Shown here in pieces: positions 49,696 through 57,376 of a stretch of 64,000 nt of DNA. The position numbers and the translations under genes were made by a program. Source of the stretch: Parcubacteria group bacterium (GTDB lineage: Bacteria; Patescibacteriota; Minisyncoccia; Phycocordibacterales; CSBR16-119); NCBI GenBank assembly GCA_943356745.1, contig CALRFT010000004.1, forward strand, positions 16,269 through 80,268. Direction: 5' to 3'. Within the stretch, counting starts at the first letter, position 1; every line of letters starts with the position of its first letter. The notes under the pieces were generated by a model. It did not search any database. It was not told where the DNA came from and was given only the letters and a program-made list of their open reading frames with translations.

Positions 49696-50337
49696 ATGAA
49701 AAGCACTTTGATTTTCTTATCTTTCTTTCTTTTTTCTTTTGTATTGCAAGCACAAACAGAAATAACCTACACAGACTCTGCTGGTGTTATTACAGCCACT
49801 ATTAAAGAGGTGCAAGTTATCGAGAAGATATCTTTCACCAATACCACAGACCTTACCTTCAACGATGAAGAAAAAGCAATTCTCTTTCAGGGAGGAATAG
49901 TATCAAAAAATACAAAAAAAATGACACAGTTTTTCCTTCCCACGTTTTCAGACATAATGGAACAATTTTCTGTAAAAGATAATAATATTGAACTAATTAA
50001 CAAAAAAGAATCAAAGTCAATTGTTGATTGGTGGTTTTTATTTGGTTATTTAATTATTCCATTTTTTTTGGTTTTGTATATTGGTTTTTTAGTACCACAA
50101 AAACCGAAAATTCTATATTTTATTTATTATATTGTATTGAGTTTGCTTATATTACACTCTTTTGTTTTTTCTATTTTAACTTTTCCTGAAAACACGCTTA
50201 GATTGGGTGGCAATACTAATGATATTATAAATCAATATTTAGTATATCTGATTACTTCTTGTGTGTGTGGTTTTATTTTTAGATATTTATATCTGAAAAG
50301 AAAAGAAAGAAAAGAACTCACACAAGCTACGGTGTAG
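49696..50337 (+). CDS. Hypothetical protein with signal peptide and 3 TMs
   Basis: 213-aa ORF with promoter and terminator. Confidence 0.65.
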   Translation: MKSTLIFLSFFLFSFVLQAQTEITYTDSAGVITATIKEVQVIEKISFTNTTDLTFNDEEKAILFQGGIVSKNTKKMTQFFLPTFSDIMEQFSVKDNNIELINKKESKSIVDWWFLFGYLIIPFFLVLYIGFLVPQKPKILYFIYYIVLSLLILHSFVFSILTFPENTLRLGGNTNDIINQYLVYLITSCVCGFIFRYLYLKRKERKELTQATV

Positions 50338-50434
50338 TTTGCGTGACAAAGCGATTCCGAAAGGAATCGCTTTTTTATATTCTCATAAGCCTGTGTCAAT
50401 ATGATTATTTTTCAGAATCGACTATACTTAAATC

Positions 50435-52795
50435 ATGAAAGAAACAAACAAGAAACGTGTTGTTGTTCTTGATACCTTCGCCATTATTTTCCGTGCGTAT
50501 CATGCACTTCCTGACTTTTCAACCTCAAAAGGTGAGCCAACAGGTGCTCTTTTTGGTGTTGCTTCAATGCTTATGAGTATTATCACAGATTTGAAACCTG
50601 ACTATATTGTCGCCGCATATGATCTTCCGGGAGGTTCATTTCGAAACACAGTTGAATCAACCTACAAAGCAAACAGAAAAGAAGCAGACGAAGCCCTTGT
50701 GGTGCAGATCACTCGTACTCGCGACCTTTTGAAAGCTTTTTCAATTCCTATTTTTGAAAAAGAAGGATATGAAGCTGATGATATTTTGGGGACAATCAGC
50801 GAAATTCTTAAAAAAGAAGAAGATGTTGAGGTTGTTATTGCGTCTGGCGATATGGACACACTTCAGCTTGTTGATGGAAAAAGAGTAAAGGTATTTACTA
50901 TTCGAAAGGGAATTAAAGATACTGTTTTATATGATGAAAAAGCTGTTGTTGAACGATTTTCTTTCAAACCAGCACTTCTGCCAGACTACAAAGGTCTTCG
51001 AGGAGATCCTTCGGATAATATTATTGGAATTAAAGGGATTGGAGAAAAAACAGCCACCGATTTAATTTCAAACTTCGGGAGTCTTGAAGATATGTATGTA
51101 AAACTCAAGAAAAACCCTGAAGCTTTTGAAAAAGTTGGAATCAAACCAAGAATCATAAATCTTCTTATGGAAGGAGAAGAAGAAGCTTTCTATTCAAAAA
51201 CGCTTGCAACTATTGTGCGAGATGTTCCAATTTCTTTTGATCTTCCTTCAAAACCATGGAAAGACGCTGTTCAACCGGAAAATATTCTTGCAATGTTTCA
51301 AGAACTTGAATTTCGGGCTTTGGTTACACGAGTAAAGGAATTTTTTAATGTTCACAATGTATCCCAAACCGAAGAAGAGGTTGTGAATCAAGAAGATTTG
51401 AAACGAGTCGCAATCATGCTTTGGATTTTGAATTCTGATAAACCAAATGCAAACCTTGAAGATATTTTGTCATACACAAAACAAAAAGATTTTGCGAGTG
51501 CGAGAAAACATCTAGAAGAAAAAATACAAGAAAATAAAGCTTTTGCTCAAGTGTTCCAAGAAATAGAGGAGCCGCTTATGAGTATTGTGGCGGGTATGCA
51601 AAAAGTCGGTATTTCTGTTGAAAAAGAAACACTTTCAAAGCTTTCAACTTTGTATCACACAGAAATTGAAAAAATAGAAAAACAAATCTTTGCTTTGGCT
51701 GGAAAAGAGTTTAATGTTCGTTCACCGCAACAACTTTCTGATATTTTGTTTGCCGATCTTGGTTTGCCGACAAAGGGAATCAAAAAAGGTGCAAATGGCG
51801 GATATTCAACTAATGTTTCTGTATTAGAAAAATTTGAAGAAGAGTATGAAATCGTAAGACTTATTCTCGAACATCGAGAACTTTCAAAACTTCTCTCAAC
51901 TTATATTGATACTCTACCGGCATTGATTGCTGAAGATGGAAAGATTCACGCTGAATTTATTCAAAACGGAACCACAACAGGACGTTTTTCTTCAAATAAT
52001 CCAAATCTTCAGAATATTCCAACAAGAAGTGATCTTGGAAGAGCGATTCGAAGTGCTTTTGTTGCAGAAAAAGGATTTCTCCTTGCTGGTTTTGACTATT
52101 CTCAGATTGAACTCCGTCTCGCGGCTATTTTGGCAGAAGATTCTTTTATGATTGAGACTTTCAAGCGGGGGAAAGATATTCACGCTGCGGTAGCGTCTCG
52201 AGTGTTTGATGTTCCAGAACATGAAGTAACAAGTGAAATGAGAAGAAGGGCAAAAATTATCAACTTTGGAATTATTTACGGAATGGGAATCAGTGCTTTG
52301 CAAAAACAAATCGGAACAGATAGAAAAGAAGCACAAGAATTCTACGATAACTACTTCAAAGAGTTCGGACAGATTCAAGAGTATTTGGAATCAACAAAGA
52401 TTTTTGCACGAAAGCACGGATATACAGAAACAATGTTTGGACGACGACGAAACTTTGAGTCTATTAACTCTAAAACGCCCTTTATACGCGCAATGGCAGA
52501 GAGAATGGCTACGAATGCCCCAATACAAGGGACAGGCGCTGATATCGTAAAATTGGCCATGATACATATTGACCGATATCTCACTCAAAAAAAATTAAAG
52601 GACAAGGTGAGACTTTTACTTCAAGTTCACGATGAACTTATCTACGAAATTGATGAAACACTCTTTGATTCTATTAAAAAAGAGATAGAAAGAATCATGG
52701 AAAACGTATTTTCAGAATGTTTCTTACATTTAGAAGTTTCAGTTCCACTTCGTGTGGATGGAAAAAGTGGTTACTCTTGGTTTGATCTTAAATAA
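50435..52795 (+). CDS. polA: DNA polymerase I (3'-5' exonuclease domain largely absent)
   Basis: 5'-3' exo motifs; TTTGRFSSNNPNLQNIP, DYSQIELR, QVHDEL; 786 aa. Confidence 0.96.
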   Translation: MKETNKKRVVVLDTFAIIFRAYHALPDFSTSKGEPTGALFGVASMLMSIITDLKPDYIVAAYDLPGGSFRNTVESTYKANRKEADEALVVQITRTRDLLKAFSIPIFEKEGYEADDILGTISEILKKEEDVEVVIASGDMDTLQLVDGKRVKVFTIRKGIKDTVLYDEKAVVERFSFKPALLPDYKGLRGDPSDNIIGIKGIGEKTATDLISNFGSLEDMYVKLKKNPEAFEKVGIKPRIINLLMEGEEEAFYSKTLATIVRDVPISFDLPSKPWKDAVQPENILAMFQELEFRALVTRVKEFFNVHNVSQTEEEVVNQEDLKRVAIMLWILNSDKPNANLEDILSYTKQKDFASARKHLEEKIQENKAFAQVFQEIEEPLMSIVAGMQKVGISVEKETLSKLSTLYHTEIEKIEKQIFALAGKEFNVRSPQQLSDILFADLGLPTKGIKKGANGGYSTNVSVLEKFEEEYEIVRLILEHRELSKLLSTYIDTLPALIAEDGKIHAEFIQNGTTTGRFSSNNPNLQNIPTRSDLGRAIRSAFVAEKGFLLAGFDYSQIELRLAAILAEDSFMIETFKRGKDIHAAVASRVFDVPEHEVTSEMRRRAKIINFGIIYGMGISALQKQIGTDRKEAQEFYDNYFKEFGQIQEYLESTKIFARKHGYTETMFGRRRNFESINSKTPFIRAMAERMATNAPIQGTGADIVKLAMIHIDRYLTQKKLKDKVRLLLQVHDELIYEIDETLFDSIKKEIERIMENVFSECFLHLEVSVPLRVDGKSGYSWFDLK

Positions 52796-52798
52796 TAT

Positions 52799-53464
52799 AT
52801 GCTTTGGATTTTAGAAGGGGATGATGTCCTCAAGAAAAATAAAGAAATACAGAAAATAAAAGACAATGTTTCACCGGATAGTATGTTTCGATATGATTCT
52901 CTTCAGGAAGATGTTTCATTTCTGAAAGATTCACAAGATTTGTTTAGTGAAAAGAAGTTTATTGTTGTGTCTGAAACAAAGATTGATGATTTTTCAAAGG
53001 ATATTGAAAAATATATTGTTTCACCACACTATTTTATCTTCTGTGTTTCAAAACTACTTGCCGCCGACAAAAAAAAGCTCGTAAAGGTGCCTGTACTTGA
53101 TTGTGTAACAGTCAAAGAAAGTCAGGAAAAATTCAACCTTTTTGCGTTTAGTGATGCATTTGCTTCAAAAAACAAAAAAGATTTATGGGTTTTGTATCAA
53201 AAGGCTATCCGTGCTGGTGTTTCAGAACAAGAAATCATTGGAATTATCTTATGGCAGGTTCGTGTGTTACTTCTGGTGTTACACAAGACAGAAAAAGATG
53301 CAGGTTTGAAACCTTTTGTGGTATCAAAAGCTCAAAAAGCCTTACATTCCTTCTCTTCTTCTACATTGGAAGGCTATATGAAAGATTTGGTTTCAATGTA
53401 TCACGATGCTCGGCGTGGAGTTGACCTGTCGAATAACTTCGAACGTTTCATACTTTCTCTATAA
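52799..53464 (+). CDS. holA: DNA polymerase III delta subunit-like (short)
   Basis: SQDLFSEKK, FNLFAFSDA, LKPFVVSKA, FERFILSL; 3 nt after polA. Confidence 0.7.
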   Translation: MLWILEGDDVLKKNKEIQKIKDNVSPDSMFRYDSLQEDVSFLKDSQDLFSEKKFIVVSETKIDDFSKDIEKYIVSPHYFIFCVSKLLAADKKKLVKVPVLDCVTVKESQEKFNLFAFSDAFASKNKKDLWVLYQKAIRAGVSEQEIIGIILWQVRVLLLVLHKTEKDAGLKPFVVSKAQKALHSFSSSTLEGYMKDLVSMYHDARRGVDLSNNFERFILSL

Positions 53465-53515
53465 ATAAAAAATGACCGTTACAAACGGTCATTTTTTGTA
53501 TAAGACAAAATGAAA

Positions 53516-53803
53516 AGGGCTTGTCATATGAATTGTCAATCAAAGATTGACCGCTCGTATGACAAGCCCTCTGGCATATATTGTTATGAGAGTAATATAT
53601 GCAAAGAATTATGTGTGCGTGTTTTTTCTATATTTAATTGTTGGAGGAAAGAACATTAGGATTAACGTGTGATGCTTTTCTGTCTCGCGACAGAGGGATC
53701 AAATGAACTATTTGTTTAAGATAAAAAAGTTATCTCTTATTATGCGGCTATTCTGGGCGCCGTGACCCTTAGATAATTTTTTTGTCTAACCAACTCAAGT
53801 TCT
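53516..53803. ncRNA. Candidate large structured element (five long hairpins)
   Basis: Stems of about 10-17 bp across an ORF-free interval. Confidence 0.55.
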
Positions 53804-53898
53804 CACTTATTGTAAGATTAATTTTTATAAAAGACAAATTTAAATTGTGGATAACTGTCCTTTATTATTTTTTCTTAAAAGACAAAAACAAAAACCGC

Positions 53899-54438
53899 TT
53901 ACGCGGCTTTGTTTTTTGTCCCATAGAATGACAAGATAAGTACAAGAATAAATACTGATAGTGCCATCATTGGAATATTGATATATCCAAACTCAAGAAC
54001 AATTTGCTTCACACAGTCTGACGATCCTTCAACACTAAAGGCTGAGCAAGGAAACGGTGAGAATCCTGTCATTTTAATAATGAAGTGATAGAGTGCGATG
54101 ATTGATCCCAAAATACTGAGTGTTCGAAGGTAATACCAAACTTCTACTCCAAATTTCTTTGTGAGGGCCACAAGAGTTATGAAAACCTGTGGATACATAA
54201 GAATTCTTTGGTACCAGCACAGTGCACATGGTGGAAATTTAACTACTTCAGAGTAGATCAAACTTCCCGCCATTGCTGCAAAAGATGCAAAAAATGCTAA
54301 ATATAAAGCGTTTTTCTGGATCCATGTCTTGCATTTGCTTTCTTGTTTCATGAAAAGAAGAACCAAGAGCAGGACGGAAATCACTTGAAAAGCAATAGTT
54401 CCTACAGCAAAAATAATATTTAATGTTTGTGGATTCAT
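53899..54438 (-). CDS. Disulfide bond formation protein, DsbB/BdbC family
   Basis: GSLIYSE..PCALCWYQRILMYP; second Cys pair. Confidence 0.92.
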   Translation of the reverse strand: MNPQTLNIIFAVGTIAFQVISVLLLVLLFMKQESKCKTWIQKNALYLAFFASFAAMAGSLIYSEVVKFPPCALCWYQRILMYPQVFITLVALTKKFGVEVWYYLRTLSILGSIIALYHFIIKMTGFSPFPCSAFSVEGSSDCVKQIVLEFGYINIPMMALSVFILVLILSFYGTKNKAA

Positions 54439-54440
54439 GA

Positions 54441-54956
54441 TTATTGAGCTGGTTCCTGAATTTCAATATTGAGACCTTCAATGCTTGAATTTGTTTCTTG
54501 AACTTCTACATTAAGTCCTTCAAGAACAGCTGCTGTTTCTTCTACCTTGTAAAATTCGGCCATTGCTGGAGTGATTGGACAACTTGTTTGTCTTGAAAGC
54601 TCTTGGATACTTTGTTCTCCAGACTTTCGTGTTCCATCAGCAAATTCCCATGTTGGGTAGCTTTCAATTCCAGCTTCCTTACATACTTCTGTTTGATTTT
54701 CTCCATCCGGAGTTGAACATTCTACATATGGAAGGGAATCTGATGCCTTTTTACCAAAGATTCTCTTTTGATTTTGGCAGTGTGGACACCAAAAAGCTCC
54801 ATAAAACTTAGCTCCTTCTTCTTTAAGACACTCTGCAAATCCAATAATATCTGCTTCAAGTGCTTTTTGTTCGTCACTTTTGAAAACCCCTGCAATTGCA
54901 AGAATGATAACCCCCGCAATGAGAATTCCAAAAGCAATTCCTATTTTTTTATTCAT
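54441..54956 (-). CDS. Membrane-anchored thioredoxin-like oxidoreductase
   Basis: YGAFWCPHC, YVECS, IESYPTW. Confidence 0.9.
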   Translation of the reverse strand: MNKKIGIAFGILIAGVIILAIAGVFKSDEQKALEADIIGFAECLKEEGAKFYGAFWCPHCQNQKRIFGKKASDSLPYVECSTPDGENQTEVCKEAGIESYPTWEFADGTRKSGEQSIQELSRQTSCPITPAMAEFYKVEETAAVLEGLNVEVQETNSSIEGLNIEIQEPAQ

Positions 54957-55065
54957 ATTTTCTATACTTATATTATTTGTAATATATGTACAGCCAGTAT
55001 AACAAAAAAGATTGTTTTCGTCAGGACTTGCTTTACAAAAGACAGAAAATAAGCTATTTTTTACA

Positions 55066-55150
55066 TGAAAGGGAATATGTTACAGAAATTGACACCCTTT
55101 CTATAGTTAGGTTTAGTGCCGGCAACAGAAATGTTGCCGGTCTTTTTATT
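55066..55150 (+). ncRNA. Candidate sRNA (member of the trmB-locus family)
   Basis: TTTACA-17-TATTTT; GAAAGGG/CCCTTTC stem; CCGGCAACA-GAAA-TGTTGCCGG plus U-tract. Confidence 0.45.
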
Positions 55151-55928
55151 TTCCTCTTCCTTGTATCCAAAGCACCTCAAAAACAGACTTCATAAAGGTG
55201 TAGATGGATGGATTGGTAATGATGATCGTGTGGAGATTTTTGTCCCAGACTGTGAAACTAACGTGGTTTTTCCAAATCGCTACATGAACTTTTGGATCGA
55301 TGAGATTTTTTGAGATAACTCGTACATCTCTTTGTTTTAAAGGCGCTTCTTTGAGTTCGTCATCTGCAAGAGGACTTTCTGTGATGATATGCCGTGCGAA
55401 AATCTTCTTTTTTCTTCTTTTCACACCATATTCTTTCAAACTCTGTCTTCCGACGGTAAAGGTTTCGGTATCTCCTGCGATTCGAAGAATTTCACCACCT
55501 TTTTCTTGGTCGAGTGATCTCCAAAAGGTTTCAACAAAGCCACTTTCTCCTTCAAATCGTTCAATATCAATCTTTTCTCCTTCTCCGCGAAGGGTAAAGA
55601 GGGTTCGAAGGTCGGGAAGTACGGATTCAAGAATTTCTTCTTTTTTATGAACCTCTTTTTGTTGATTTTCAATAATTTTCCTTATTTTTTCTGGTTTTTC
55701 AATATAAATAACCCTTCTTTTTCCTGAATAGCTTGTTTGGATGATTTCTTGTTTCAAAAGTGTTTCAACGGCAAGGTGTACTGTTGCGCGGGGAAGTTTC
55801 ACAAATTTTGCAATATCGGCAATGGTACTTCCGCCGTGTTCAAACAAATGAAAAATAACCTGTTGTTCTGCAGTTCCAAAGCCAACAGCTTTGAGTTTTT
55901 GATAGATTTCTTGGTTGATTTGTATCAT
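55146..55928 (-). CDS. TrmB-family transcriptional regulator
   Basis: wHTH (TIADIAKFVKLPRATVHLAVETL), coiled linker, FEGESG, PLD-like effector domain ending FEVLW. Confidence 0.85.
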   Translation of the reverse strand: MIQINQEIYQKLKAVGFGTAEQQVIFHLFEHGGSTIADIAKFVKLPRATVHLAVETLLKQEIIQTSYSGKRRVIYIEKPEKIRKIIENQQKEVHKKEEILESVLPDLRTLFTLRGEGEKIDIERFEGESGFVETFWRSLDQEKGGEILRIAGDTETFTVGRQSLKEYGVKRRKKKIFARHIITESPLADDELKEAPLKQRDVRVISKNLIDPKVHVAIWKNHVSFTVWDKNLHTIIITNPSIYTFMKSVFEVLWIQGRGK

Positions 55929-56077
55929 ATCTCAAGTATATCTTGTATATAAAAAATGACAAATATTTATGACATTTTTATCATAAAGTATTAATATATA
56001 ATATTTATTTCATTTTATATAAAAATAAATATCAAAAAGTATTGACTTTATGTCTTTGTTTTTGCTACAGTATGGTC

Positions 56078-56582
56078 AAGAAAGGTTCACAGAAAACAAA
56101 AAACATAGCAAGTGTTTCATCAGGAATGTTATCCCTGTCTATCACACGCACTTTTGATAGACTTAAATAGCTTGAGGATGGGATCGGTTTACGTTCCTAT
56201 CACGACACTTTCCGAAATTGTCACAAGTCTGAATTATTACAATTCAGCATTCTAAACATTGTTTCACTTTACATGTTCTTCTTTTCTTCCCAGATCTTTT
56301 TCAACATCATATATATACATCATACATATACCGATTTTCCTTTCTCCAGCTTTCATATCTTTTCTTCTCACATTTCCCGCCTTTTCCTTTCATTTTCCTT
56401 CTTCTTCACATTCTCTTTCCTTCATCCTTGCTCCTTTCTTCCTCTCTTTCGGTATTATGATTTCATATATATTGTATATTGTTCTTTCTTTCAACGCTTG
56501 GCGATCCTTTTGGATCGCCGTTTCTTTTTGTGTTTTATATGAGTTGTATTTTTATATAATTGTGATATTGTTTTACTGAACC
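56078..56582 (+). ncRNA. Candidate large structured RNA or leader with a pyrimidine-rich loop
   Basis: TTGACT-18-TACAGT promoter, nested stems, long-range GGTTCA/TGAACC pairing. Confidence 0.6.
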
Positions 56583-56597
56583 AAAACCAAATGTTCT

Positions 56598-56744
56598 ATG
56601 AACTATCTTTCCACTTCAAATCAATGGATTATAGGAGAATACTTTTTTGTAGCATCTCTCGTGGTCATTACATTTTTTGTTTTATGTCGTCGAGACTTCA
56701 AAAAAATATTGTCATCTCAACAAGATGACAAATCTGAAGACTAG
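56598..56744 (+). CDS. 48-aa single-TM small protein
   Basis: MNYLSTSNQWIIGEYFFVASLVVITFFVLCRRDFKKILSSQQDDKSED*. Confidence 0.55.
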   Translation: MNYLSTSNQWIIGEYFFVASLVVITFFVLCRRDFKKILSSQQDDKSED

Positions 56745-56877
56745 ACGTCTGATGTAAAAATACAACATATTAGTGTTGGAGGTTTGATTTCCCTCGCACC
56801 TTTGATTAATAAAACGGGTTATGAGAAGGTGTGCAATTTGCCAGTGAGTATAACGAGCTCACTGGTTTTTTTATTTC

Positions 56878-57229
56878 TTGCAAAATTATTTTGAGAAAGT
56901 ATTATACAAAATGGCCATAACCCCCATATCTTTAAACAGTGGTTTCAAACAGGATATGGTGCCAACCGACAACAAACGTGTTGTCGGTTTTTTCTTTACA
57001 AAAATTTTATTGAGTGTTATCTTACAAGTATAGTTAGTAAAAATTCTCAGTCTTTGAGAATTATGTGGATTAGTTTTCAGTTTAGTAATCAAAACCGACA
57101 GTAAACGTACTGTCGGTTTTTTTATTTGCAAATTATTCATTTTATAGTATTGTTTTATACAAGGTCTCTTGTCTGGTAATCTATCCAGCATGATGTAGAG
57201 GGCGACAGCAAACGTGCTGTCGCCTTTTT
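56878..57229 (+). ncRNA. Tandem array of three candidate sRNA genes
   Basis: Each unit has -35/-10, a unique structured body and a CGACA..A-AACG-T..TGTCG terminator. Confidence 0.6.
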
Positions 57230-57376
57230 AAATTCAGAAAAAGTTTCCAAAAGAAAACAAGTCAAAAATAAAAAGAAAATCCGCCTTATGTCAAAGCGGA
57301 TTTTCTTTTTCCCTCACAATTTCCCAAGAGGGGTGTTCATTGTTAAAAATCAAAAAATAATGCATTATTTATAGTA

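Noticed and set aside
53640-53760. RNase P RNA (GAGGAAAG.. and ..GCGGCT)
   Set aside because: Lacks GAGGAAAGUCC and a complementary P4 strand
56259-56579. 106-aa and 89-aa F/S/L-rich ORFs
   Set aside because: Open frames are expected in a pyrimidine tract with few stop codons; two overlapping frames are open and base-pairing explains the region better
56960-57229. CRISPR or TIGR array interpretation
   Set aside because: Repeats are non-identical, spacing is irregular (~130 and ~107 bp), units carry U-tracts and promoters, and no cas or Nop-domain gene is in the window
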